A DNA stretch of 64,000 nucleotides from Phallusia mammillata (taxonomy: Eukaryota). Shown piece after piece: positions 10,301 to 23,300 of this stretch. Location of the stretch: assembly GCA_965637545.1 (NCBI GenBank), contig OZ281495.1:22444001-22508000 (forward strand), given 5' to 3'. Under the pieces are notes generated by a model. The model saw nothing but the letters and a program-made list of their open reading frames with translations. It was not told the origin of the DNA and ran no database searches. Each line of letters begins with the position of its first letter. Position 1 is the stretch's first letter. The position numbers were made by a program, and so were the translations under genes.

Positions 10301-13116
10301 GGATTCAACAAACCCGGACTTGCGGTTTGAACGGGGCTGAAGGTGGGTGAAAAGGTGGGGCTGGGAACGTAGTTGATATATGTGGGAGTGGTGGGTAACG
10401 ATCCGGGGTACAGAGGCAGGGGGAAGCGGAACCCAGTGGGGGTCGAAGGGGCGACTCCCGACGGCGTGGCGCCTGAATGCGCACTTGGGCTGTCTGCGCA
10501 TAAACAATGATTAAGTGCGACGAACAAGGCAAATGTGTATTGCTAATGAATTTTAGGGCGGAGTGCGGTTAATTAAGCGATGTCAATCATATAAGTAGGT
10601 ACACATATATCCTTGTTTGACTCCAGCCTCAAAATTGTTTTGCTACCACATTAAGATACTAATGCAATAAAATATGGCAAAGTATAAACAGTACGTTTAA
10701 ATAAATAAGCTATTGCTACCAGGCATAATGTATAAACGAGTATCGCTCTTCCAGCAGATTGTATTATAATTGTCCTGCAAGATATGCCATTATTCTGATA
10801 AAGAAACGTCGATTATTTACAATAAAAACTGCTGGAAGAGCAATACTCGTTTATTACGTTCAAATTTTTAATTAAAATTCGGCTTTTAACAAAGTAGAAT
10901 TTTTAACATGCTAAACAAAAATACCACAGCCAATAAATTTTGTACCATGCAAGTTCTTCACATGCAATCAATAAATTTTTCATAACTTACTAGATACTTG
11001 AGAGAGAAGAGCAGCAACACTTGGTGGCATCACTCGGTGTCGGTAGTGACCTGGAATGACTGATGGGTGACATCTGTAGCGCACAGCACCCACTAGTGGA
11101 CTAATCGGTGCAGTCATCATTCGAGCAACATCTTCACTTTCTGATGTAGCTAGCGATTCTTCACTTCCATCACTTACAGAACCTCGAAGAAGTCGGGCGG
11201 CAGCTGCAAACATAGGGAATAGGAAATGAAACACTACAAAAAAAATTTGGAAAATATTTTGGGAAGCTTTTAGGTTTTACATTACATTTTGTTTTTGTTT
11301 GGTTTTGGAATATTCAAAGCAATGTAATGCTTGTATGGTCCCGAAATTAAGCCTGGATAAATCAATTCTAGCAGGGGAGACAATGCTTGAAATACTAATT
11401 TAATTTACCCAATCTGTGAGGAGCCACAACCACTGGTGATTGCAGAGGAGATTCTTGCAAGGTATTGAACACATCATCTTTGTTGTCAGAACGTGATGTT
11501 CCATCTGTTTATAAAAAATTTTTTTACTCAGTTGTTGATTTCAGTGTGTTGGTCTAATGAGGTCAATTGGAGTTTCAACTCTTTTTAACTTTCATTGCCA
11601 AACTGTATCAAACATTTTTGACATGTTTACTTACTTTGCCTGGCTACAGCCCCTGACAGCAAGAGTGACTGCTGCTGTTGGGCTCTCCTTGTTAGGTCAG
11701 CCATGTGAGCTGTCATTGCTGCAGCTGCTGCACTACCTTGTGACATCTATAGTAGCACAAAAGCGTGGTTTAGTCACTGAAATGCACATTCTTGTGTGCA
11801 CAGCAGTTTTATATCTTGAAGTGCTGTTGTTGACACCAGAAAGAGTTCGACACATAATTTCCCAGTGCAAAGATGTAAAACTATTAAGTGCACAAGTTAT
11901 AAGCAAAGACTCCATTGATTCACTAAACTTCAGTGAAATGTTGTTAAGTTACAAACAACAGACGAAATCTTAGGTAATTGTTTCTACAACTGATAATATA
12001 TTACATTTTACATGGTACAAAGTTGTTGGTATGGTTTAGTATGTTCTCTACCTGGTGATTAGGATGGGGTAATGGTGGTGTGAGGCCTATTGGTGCTGCT
12101 AATTCACGGAAGTTGAACTGGTAGGTGAACCTCTTCCCCTTGGTTTTGTACAGAATACGTTTGTTGTAGTAATACCTAAAATTGTAAGTTTAAATTCAGA
12201 TTCAATGTTGAAATGACTTAAAAACACAGGCGTTTTAGGACATCACACACAATAGTGAATGGAAAGGCAAATCTCCTTACCCCTTTCCAAGCAACAGTTT
12301 AAACAAACCTATAAAACTACAATCACCCTGAAGGCATTGGGAGAATACAATTTTAACATAAAGATGAATAGTTTTTAAACGCACTCAGCCAGCATACATG
12401 GGTTTAATTGTTAGTAATAGAACAAAGATCAAACTGGCAAACAAACCTTAATGCCCTACTGAGCTTGTCGTAATTCATGTGGGGTTTACATTTACGCATT
12501 CCCCACAGCTTGGCCACTTCATCTGGATCTTTAATCACAAACTCTCCATACTCTCCTTGCCAGGCAATTATATCCTGAAAAGCAAAGCAACCATGTTCCA
12601 TATCTCATTTTGTGCATGTTGTCCTCATAGACAAACAATTTTCTCCATCCAGACACATATGTATGGTACTAAACAGGTTTAATTTTCATGTTTTCTATAC
12701 CTGGTATTGTTCATCTTGCAGTAATTCAAGGATAAAATGCCATAACTGCACTTGTCGACTGCCAGGGGCTGATTCAGATTTAAAAGCCCACTCTGGAATA
12801 GTTTGGTTATTTCCTGAAAAAAAAAACAATTATCAGGTTTTACTACAAACAATCAAGGATGAACTTACTTTCTAAACAAACACTGTGTCCATATGCAGAA
12901 AGAGATAGCACATTTTGAAGAATTGAAGATATTAACTTATAAATTCAGTATGCCAAAAATCATGATTTATAATGTTTTAAGCACCAAATAGTAAATATAC
13001 TTTTTAACTTGAAAATTAAATGTTTAAACATGAACTATACCTCCTCTCCAAACATTAGAACCAGGTGGCCTTTGCTGTTTGCATGGATCTACATAAGCAC
13101 AATGCATTTTCAGCAT
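7395..13116 (-). CDS. ERF: ETS-domain transcriptional repressor of the ERF/ETV3 class, 700 aa, 12 coding exons
   Basis: Exons (minus) 13116-13041, 12813-12701, 12574-12447, 12175-12052, 11746-11635, 11504-11409, 11233-10991, 10493-10244, 9587-9363, 8993-8759, 8312-8186, 7768-7395; 2103 nt in frame. ETS domain [100 protein letters not shown]-specific blocks [50 protein letters not shown]. In-frame stop upstream of the ATG. Confidence 0.93.
8358..8387. mobile_element. Terminal fragment of the CAGTGGTTCTCAACC MITE family in an ERF intron
   Basis: GGCCCATGGCCCGCTGGTTGAGTAACACTG resembles the right end of the 36000-36300 element (GGGCCATGGGCCCTGGTTGAGAACCACT). Confidence 0.45.
10732..10854. repeat. 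26-bp inverted repeat with 71-nt spacer in an ERF intron
   Basis: ATAAACGAGTATCGCTCTTCCAGCAG (10732-10757) versus CTGCTGGAAGAGCAATACTCGTTTAT (10829-10854): 25/26 complementary. Confidence 0.85.
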
Positions 13117-14373
13117 TGGATTCTCTTGGCAAGGTGTTCTTCAGGTAATGTTTTCAATGTGATATTTCACTGAAGGTTACAACATAACTTCAAAACGAAA
13201 ATAATTGCCAACAGTTGCTGCCCTGGTTTTAAAAACTTATCCCAGCCTGCAAAAAAAAATCGGAATCATTGATGAAAGCAAAAAGATCCAACTGCAAAAT
13301 TTGACATCTGACTTCCAGCAAACCGTACAAACTCTGATAATCTTTATGAAGGTATGGAAATCTAACCACCTTTGTGACAGGAAAAAACTTGCAGTAACAG
13401 AACCTACCAATGACTATAGGGACTGAAACCAATGCCATGTTTTCAAAAATAGGCTGACCTCAAGTTGTGTCCTTTAAAACTATTTTTCCCTGGTGGCAAG
13501 TTTACATCCATCAAGTACATTGATCCTATCGTCATTTTAAGTGATGGGACGATTTGCGTACTTTCCCGGTGCCTATTCCCGGAAATGTGTGGTTTTCTCT
13601 GTTCCTCTGCCTGTCGAATCACTATCTTCCAGTCACATGGCAACAACGGGAAACACATTACTTCTGCTGCTGTTCTGTCCACAGGGCTAAAGTTTGCGCT
13701 TCAATGACCGCAGTTACGGCTGCGACAACGTTAAAGCACACGAGGCCCAAATTGGCACCAATGACAGACAACTGCGCGTGACGAGACACTCGTTCGCGCG
13801 CGGTAAAACCTGACACTAGTTAATGAAATCGGTACTGGAAAAAGCGCGAGATCTCGTCGCTCGATTACAATTCCTGATATCGCAACACGACCCTTTTCAG
13901 CGAGGGAGAAAATAGATCGCCCCAGCGGGCGAAGGCTTACCAAGCAAGATCAGGACAAGCGCGCTTGCGATGTACAAACAAGGCCTGCTTCCCCCTTTTG
14001 TTGCCAACACGGCTAAAGAGAGCTGTGTGCCGGTTTCCTAGTTCGCATTGCTACAACGACCTAACCTTATTTCCAGGCGACCCCGATTTCCGATTCTGTG
14101 TGATGGTTTGTGCCGCAGCGGGATATTGGAACACTACTCGCTCTGCGCGACCCCACGTCTGTTTGTTTATCTCCGCTCCAGGTCGGGTTACCATTGTGGC
14201 AGAGCTGAAGACTTTGCCAGAAAAATATTCCCACACCCGCACAAATTGTTTGTGATACCTGGCTAAATACATATCTACCAATATTATACCTCAACTGCTC
14301 AACCGCATAAACTAACTGCGGACATCGGTGCGCACGATGGTAGTTTGCCATAGAAAAATACAGGCGTCTGTCA

Positions 14374-14392
14374 GTCTGTCTGTCTGTCTGTC
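14374..14392. repeat. (GTCT)n microsatellite
   Basis: gtctgtctgtctgtctgtc, preceded by an imperfect unit. Confidence 0.6.
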
Positions 14393-17300
14393 ACGCAGCA
14401 TACAATGGACAGTCGCATATTAAACGGGAGCAAGTGCGCCACACGCAAGGTCATACTCGCTAGACATATTCGCTCGCCCGTAACCAAGCAACGGGTGGAA
14501 TGCGGCCGGAAACTTGACTGAGTTTCATTCACGCTAAATGCCCTAGCGGCGTTTCCCCTGGCCTTCCACTGAAGCTTTATTAGCAGGAAATAACTCTCTC
14601 CACTTGAGATCTTTTTACTGCGACTGAAATCGACAGCAACCATGTGTTGCCAAAATTACTAGCTCGTACAAAGGCGAGGGGGGAAGTTTCAATGTGCTGA
14701 ATCATGTGCGGCTTTGGCGACAAATCCTCGCTCTACTCAAAGTAAATACAGCCGCGCCAACTTTGAGGCAAAGGGCGAATGGATCCACACGATATCCGCG
14801 AACAAAAAAGGTAAGGAGCAGTATCGTCGAGAATCGGGGAATCACGCAATGTGACGTGTGTGTATATATTCATTGGCTGCCCTTCAAATAAAATTTGGGC
14901 CGTAGGAATATTTCAAACAAACATTGGGATCTATTTTAATCACGAGCGGTGGAAAAAAGCCACGCAACCGGGACCAAGCGTCGGCGACACCGAGGTGGCT
15001 CGCTTACTCTGCACTTGAAAGGTATCAGCCGATGGATCGCCTTGTTTTGAGTACATTATCGCGGTCGCTCGACGTCTAACCAAAATAGCAAGGCGTGTGA
15101 GAAACTTCAAAAAGACTATGCGACCCACTGCGCGTCCCATCTCCAACCCATGACATCCCATCGGCAGGACAGCCTTCGCAAGCAAATTCCTGTGGCGCGA
15201 AATCGTGCGCGCTAACGCTCCTCATCACAATGGCAAATGACTCACGCCGCAGCACAAAGCGATCGCGCGGCCCAACCAATCTGAAAACGCGGACAAGAGG
15301 GAGGGCAAACAAAGATTAAAGCGCGGAAGCTTTCGACGTTTGGTCAACAGCACAAGAATGGAGTGACCAAGCACTCGAGTCACTGCCTCTTCGACATATC
15401 CCACTTCCTTATATTGCGACATCCGCGAAACTGAAACTAAGGAGGCCAGTGCAAAACAGTTGATGATTAATAAAACCTATCACAATTTCGCGCCCTCATG
15501 TCATACCAACCGCTTGTGGAATTGCAAGTCGCGGATTCGGGTGTCTTAATTGGTAATTCCAACAGCAGTGAGACACCAGCGGCGCGATCGTAAAGTGAGA
15601 GTTGCAAGAAGCCGCCGCTCTCCGAACGCAGCAGATCAAACACTGTTAAGCGCCAATTGCGACAGATAGGAGCGCAGAAGGACAACAAGCCATGGTGCGC
15701 GGGCGTCTGGGAGAAATGGGTCAAGACGAGGGAAACGAGCCCTTTATGGCCAATCGGGGTTGTTTTCTTTTAGCCGAATGGGGTACTGCGAAAGCAAACA
15801 GCAAGTGTTGAAGTAGCGCATATCTGCTGCGACGAACTTTGAACGGGATAAAAGCCGCTGGAATTTCCAAAACAGGGCGTAGCTGTGTTTGCTTAGTTGT
15901 CACCTTTTGACACTTATTTTTTTGCCAGTGACCTTAGCGGTCGTTCGGTTTCTATAATCTGGTCTGACTTTAAGCGCGGTTCAAGTACAAGTTTCCGACG
16001 TTTAACAAATCACACTAACTAACATGCGAACCCAAACGTACAAACTACAGTTATCACTTATGAGCTTTCGTCCAATTAACGTTGACGCACAGCACGACAT
16101 TTACATTACCCAAAGCCAAGACAGCTGCGCACGAACGTGACCTGATATTTTTCAATACAACACAATATACATGGAAACCGAATTACGCCAACGGTAAATA
16201 CATCAAAACAGGTGACACAGTACGTGGGACATCGAAAATAACGAGTGGACCTCAGTTTCCACAGTCAAACCGGTGGCAATCAATTGTGCCTCTATCGTCT
16301 GACAAACGCTCAAAAACAAACAACCAACTTGCCAGCACACAGGCGCACGTTAAGCATAAGAATTCATGCCTAACACCCCACAGGGTCAACACTACAACAC
16401 GCCCGATAAATTAAAATGCGCCTACGCAGAAAAAGCGGAAAAAGTATTTGCTTGGCTAAGGGTAAAATCTTTTCAAGCTGCTTTTAAGCCCGGTTGGCTT
16501 GTGCAATCATATTTTGTGGTCAGTTCAATAGCAACATTAAAAAAAGACTAATAACAAGGACAAAATAGCTGTTAATCAAACGCACAGATAGCTTTCCAAT
16601 GTTCCCAATAATCTGACCTCGGAAATCTTAAAGATGGCTGGATGGTAACTTTCCAAGGGTTAAACAAAAGAATGTGTCCTTTGTTCTCGACATCTCACTT
16701 CTCTTTCTGGGCCACCAGAAAGTTAAGCTGTCTCCTGCGTGTGGTATTTCTGATTTGCATGTATGTCACTGCAGAAAATAGAATCTGTGACCAACAGGCC
16801 GCCGGATTCGTGATGGCATTGCAGAGCCGCCTTCTCGGAAACAGATTAAGAGTTGAGCCACACGCCAGAACGGCATCACGTACACTTGATAAGGGAACTG
16901 CACAGGGTCGTCCCTATCTCTGTCCATGATTGCCCTCACACATCTATAGCAAATAGTGGAAAAAGCAGCAGGTGTTGCTTTCGATGAACAGGTGGCATGC
17001 ATAATGGAGGATCAACGGCTTAACAAAGAGCTTCACTTTTGTCGTGTCAAATGAACGTATGCGTGTGATTTGCACTAAATTAGCACATGTGGTGAAAAGT
17101 GTTTCTCCACTGTACAAAACTAACACTCTTAGGGAGAAGAAAGTCTGAATTTCCTGTTTGAAAACATATGCCTGACCCTCTCATTTCATACTTTCTGATC
17201 TGAAAATAATAAACCAGAAGAGCTGCAAAGCTACTAGCTTAAAATCTTGCACAGATTTTAGATTCACTGTAAACGAAAATCAAAATCTTGGGATTTCGGC

Positions 17301-20300
17301 TAAAAAGGTGGCGTAAAAAGTCTCCACTATGTCTCTGTGCGTCATGTCCTGCTGGTTCTAGACAGAAGACGCGGAAAAGTTGTCTCAAAGCGATGCAGCA
17401 CATTGAGTTCATGAACCCGGCGACGAAACGAATTATTGCCGTGACGTGTCGTCTCGTGTTATGAAATGCTAATCAATTGTGTAATAAGTGGGGAAAGGGT
17501 CCACTGGCGGACGCCTGCGACGACCCTTGTAGCACTGCAATCCCGGGAAATGGATCTTTCCGCAAAGCAATACAAGAAGCGCGCAACGGCGGATGGCGCT
17601 TGTCGGTCGGAAATGGGATCGACTGCACATGACCACGGCGATGTCGGTGCAAGGTAAGAAGCGTTCGGAAGCAGCACGTGCTCAGGCGATGAGTTTAACG
17701 AAAATTGCCAATCAACAACGTCTGACCTTATTTGGCAACATTTGGATTTCCTAATGGTTTGACAGCGATGACGTAATTTCAATAGCATTGCCCTTTAAAC
17801 GGCTTATTCCAGTCACTGTGTACACAAGGCTGACAACCTGGTAGTTATTTTTAAATCTCTTAATAAAACGACACCTGCCGCTTTCAATATTGTTATGTTA
17901 ATATCTCTCATTGACAACTACACCTGTTACTATCGACAGATTAATTAATCCTACAAGATGCTTCCAAACCCTTACGGCTCCAAAGACGCAGCAAATAACA
18001 ACATATCGAAAGCAGGCGAGGACCTGTAACAACAGGCAGTCCTCTGTTGTTCACAGAAGACTCCCAGGCACCAACGCTCAAAAAACGGTGTGCTTGTTCC
18101 ACTTGCTGTGTTTTTTGAATTAGACTTGCAACAAGATCGCCAGCGTGGCAGTAACTTAAGGCGATCTGTCCCCTGTGAACGACATTCAAAATCGCCATGC
18201 GTGGCATTCTTGATATGCGCAACACTTTACCGCCGATAATATAATGCGATGCGAAAGCCATGAAAACAAGTTTGTTTTGCACACCTGGGCTTTGTGCGCT
18301 TGCAAGTGAACATATCGTGTTGCTAAGATCGCGAAGTTAAGCTCTAGTTTGCACTGCCGCTTTTGGTTAACCATTTGTCACAAAGCATAACACCACTGTA
18401 TCAATTTTACACGGGAAGGAAATGAACCCAATCATGGAAACGAAAAAAATCGTTTTCTATGAATAAATGTTGTTCAGAAGGAGCTGCATTTCTAATGTGG
18501 ACCATCACGGAAATCTTGTAGCGATTTCAATGACATATTACAAAAATACCGTTTGCAACCCAAAAAATGCAGTCTGAACTGTCAAGCACATGGATTGAAA
18601 TCAGACCCAGATTGAAACACACTTAGATCTGTCTAATTTACAAGTGGCAGCAACGTGTGAGATCACATGTAATCATTAAGGTTCCAACATCTACGAGTTT
18701 GGGTTTGCGCTTGGTGTCGTCTCTAATGCCCATCAGAACAACGACCTGACCACATTAGACCGTGATTGACAAGTTGTACGCACGTCACCGCTAATAATAC
18801 GTTCGGCGACAGCCACCAACGTGACGGAATTTATAAAACGAATTGGCCGTTGCTCGTTTGATGCTCCACCAACGACTTCTATATCTATACAAGCGATTAG
18901 GATCCCACATTTGCCCTGGTGACCGCCGCGTTTGAGAAAATGCCGTCGGGTTAGGGGTTAATAGCGTTCCGCCCTTTACTAACGTGTGATGTCGGATTAG
19001 TAAGGTGGTTAATGTACGAGTGAGTATGGAGAGTGTGTTACACACTAGGGACCGCTAATCTATTTTAACTTCTTTTGACTGTATGCAAACAAGTACTGCG
19101 GTTTCCCAAGAACACTTTGTCTTAAATTCAAATTCACATCGTGCATCGAAAGTTTTACATTGCCATCGAAACCGTAAAAACAATGTCCTTTTTTCTGTTT
19201 TTATTAAAACCAAATGAATCAACGTCACATTAAAATAACATACCGTAGATGTGTCGTGCAATCGATGTGAAAGTCGAAGAACAACCAAATTGCCGTGACA
19301 AGGTTTAATTTCGGCACAAGTTTACAATTTCCCTACAAATTCCTTCCTCGGGAGCAGGAAACCGCAGCATAGGGTCGGCACAGGTGAAGGTAATTGCCTT
19401 CTTATCATAATAAGCACATGGATGGTACCGAGACACGAAAATTGCTGCTTGCGCGAAGCATCGCGTGGTCAATTAAATCGCGACTTCGAAGTTGGCAAGG
19501 CAAAAACAATTGAGCAATGTTCGCGATCAACAAGCGGCTATCGCACAAATTACCCAAGCATAAACGACCGCCTTCGCGTTTCAACAGATCGGCGCGGTCG
19601 TAATTAGGCCAAACGCGAAAGTCCACGACACTTGCAATCAGACAATTTTCCTCAATTACACCACAAATAGTGACCGGTAAACACACGTTAAATCCGATTG
19701 CTCGCGCGCAAAACAACCACCAACTTGTCAACGTTTTGGGATGTTGGTGAAAACATGTGAAAGCAACCATTGATTACGAGCTATGCGTGGTTTAAGGATT
19801 ATCAAGCAGTGCAGCTTGCAACGGATTAGAATCATTTAGAGTGATCCTGTGAAGAATAAAAGATCGGAGAAAACGGTTAAAAAGATTAGTTCCAAAAGGT
19901 GCGAAGCCTCTTAAGACTAAACCGGATAAAACAAAGGAGCGGATCGAGGATAATCGGTGCTTGCCAAGAGATTTTGGCCTCTTCTAATACTCACCGTCGA
20001 TAATTTTTAATTCCATTATTGAGGACAAGTTGAAAGTATCCATGCTTAGATCAAGCCGTGTTGTCATGCGCTTACATTCAGGAGGGCAAAAATACCACAA
20101 GTATCGCATTTGAGCCCTACACAAAAACCACTTTACACCTGCATGTGTGACATGCGTTTTTTTTCGCATTTTTTTCGCATGTTTAACGTTTTTGTGGCTT
20201 TCAGTAAAGTGTCGCAGGTTAACAAGTGGATGCGCCTTACACGATGCGTTGTTTAGTTGACGCATCAGGGTGGAACACTGGAAAAAGTTGAATTTCGGGT

Positions 20301-23300
20301 TTCCCTTGACATTTGTGGCCACAAAGCGCGTAAAACACATTCGTAATACTGACTCTACTGAGTGCCTCGTATTTGGGCTGGAACAATTCTCAAATGCTGC
20401 TCTATTAATAAATGTAAAAAAACTCACCTCACCAATCACGCTAATGAGCGTTTGTGTTCTGACACAGTCATCAAATTTGTACAACACAATATATCTGAAT
20501 TATAATTCATACCTATTACCAATGATAAAAATTGCTTACGGGGAAGTCTGATTAATAAATACATCGCTTAGCAAACTCTCAGAAATTCTAAAATCAATTA
20601 TAATACAGCCATTCCTTTCCTGTGATACTGACGACAACACATCGGGTAAATCTTTCCATGAGACGCCGTGAGTTTGTCAGGCCCTATTATTTTCCATTTA
20701 ATGCGGACTCGCCACCATTTCTTCAGAGCCCGGGGCGATGCCGAACCTTCTTTGTTTTCGTTGCGGCGATGTCCGATACGCGAAGTCTTGTCAGGTCTAG
20801 ACGTTTACTGTCACGTTTTGATAGCGCTCCATTAAGTTTTATGGACACACAAACAAGCGGCGCGATGTGTATCCTGGATTGTTCACGAGCGCATGCAACC
20901 GCATATTGCTATGTCACTTCGAAGGTAAAAAACTGTTCTGACCTTTCTTAATCCGTCCTTTCAATCTTGATAAGTGTATGACGCAACTCCGATCGTTTCA
21001 GCAACGTATCAAATCGCAATACACCACGACATCCCGACGATCAGTAGAAGTAAATACCCAGTGATTGGTGATTGTCGGAGTGTGCTCATTAAATCCGGTG
21101 AAATACTTTTGATGAGCACGTTCCAACAAGGCCCGCGGAACGTTGTTGAGTGGCGCCAATCGCGATCGGAAAAACATTCGCTTTCCAGGAACGCCCGACT
21201 CGACTGAGCCCACGCTCGGTCGTCCTGTTTTTCGACGACTTCGTTGCCGTCGCAACAAGTGAACCGAAAAGCTCGCCAATACACACACAAACTTCTACAA
21301 AATGCTTATGGGGCATACATAAGGTCACCGACAGGTGGTAGCGGTTTTTCGCCGTAAGCCAACATTTTGATAAGCTTGAAAGCGGGTAAATGACGATCCG
21401 CGAGAGACCAAACCCAAAGCGAGGTGACGACAGGGCACACAAAGGCGAGCAACGGCGTGGATAAGGTCGTTTCTCCAAACAGCTTAAAATATCACATTTA
21501 CGGTCAAAGCCGCGTCGTTAGTTTTGATGCCAAAAAAGGAAGGCGGAACAAAAACCTCGCATTCCTCGATACGAATTGCGCGAATCAATGAACTGCCTGT
21601 CCGTATTTACTTGACAAATGCAGCGGCAACTAGCGACTATCGTATATATAATTCAGTTGTTGTCGTTTTGTTTGAAAAAAAGGTATTGTAAACAGCGCTA
21701 ACAAAAACTATTACCACAAATTATTAATTTCTAAAGGCAAATGAAAATATGTTTTTTGTGTAGGAAATACTACGCAATAACAGACATCGGCTACTGCAAG
21801 TTCAAAACTCCCATTATCGGAAAAGGCACAGGACGAAAACAATCTGACAGTCTCGTTGCCTTTCCCACACGGCTCTGGTTCGGGTTAATCTGTGTGTTCG
21901 GGATATAACAGTGCAGCTGCACTTCCTGCTAATAGAACGTCAAATGGCCAAAGCCCTTGTTATGCGCAGTCATCGTAAAATTCAACGATTTTCTCGCACG
22001 TTTTAAGCATAAAATCGCCAGCCAAGATCACTTCTCCTTAAAATAACTTCATAAAATTGCGACAATCCAACTGCTGGCGACCGCGTGAGTTGTTTTGGAG
22101 AAGTCCATTACACACTAACGCACTTGCCGCACGATCGTCAACAAGACGCAGTTGACAGCTTCGGATAACAGTTACCATGCAGATCACATCTTTTTGTGAT
22201 GTAAGCTTGTGCACTTAGTTGAACTGGAGAGCGGGCAGTTCCGCTGTGTGTTGACGCGTTGAAACGGACTTCCAGATCAAACACAATATCACCGCTCATA
22301 GAATATGTCTGTTACAGGCAATTAGCAATCAAAATATTACTGAAACATCCATGTGTACCGTAACAGCGGCGAAATACGGGATTGGGAAGGAAGCGATCCT
22401 CGCAAAAAAACGCTAAGCGCGCCCGGTTGATATCTACTTCCTGTCTGGACGCGTTCACTGTCTGAGTAGCATTTGCAATCTAACAAAAGCGCAGCACTGT
22501 ACCATTGGCATTTCCGACCATTATGCGCCCTGTTGTTGCGGATGTACGGCATCAACGGTAGTCACGCACTGGCCATTTGTACCACCTTACACCTACTACA
22601 TCGTCCCAATGTTTGTCACTATAAGCGGAAGTCCAAAACTGGAGAAAGTTGCCAGGTGCCTCTGCTTTGCCAAACCTGGCCAAATTCAATTGGGAATGAT
22701 GGTTAAATCATCAGAGTGGGCCAAGAATTTGAATTTTGATAGCATTTGATTACTTCCTATGGATGCGCGAATATGGAGTCATTTCGGTTGAATATTACTT
22801 ATGCTTCTTTGTTTGGGCACAATTCAGTGATTGGTCTGTTACAATAACACAAAGTTCAAATTTAAAATTTCAATCATTGAAATTCCAACATTCTTATTCC
22901 TCCATGGTAGTTTATGAATTATTTTTACAACCAGAAACCATACATTTAGCCAAAAAAATGCAGGCAAACACTAAGATGGTTAAAAGGCTACAAATGCAAC
23001 TTTTAAACTTAACATAGTTTTATGTAGATAAGTAAGTCTAGACTATAGAATCTATAGTATAGATCAACAATTTTCAGTCCTAATGACAACTGTCAAAAAT
23101 GGAATGCCATCGTTGCCCAAAATTAATCTGTATTACTCATTTTTGAACATAGCTCATAAGACCAGTTTTTTACCAAAATGTATTGCTTTTTGATGTTACC
23201 TAATGTAACAAATAGCTAGATAGCTACACAAACTACAATACTGATTTTGTTAGTATACTACAACTGCAGGGAATTGGTCCAACAAAACACACCATTTTAA

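Noticed and set aside
11557-11973. 138-aa plus-strand ORF, plus the overlapping ORFs at 7486-7843 and 9413-9747
   Set aside because: All are antisense or alternative-frame shadows of ERF exons.
19984-20487. 167-aa minus-strand ORF upstream of ERF
   Set aside because: Non-ATG start, no domain-like features and no compatible splice partners; treated as chance in regulatory DNA.
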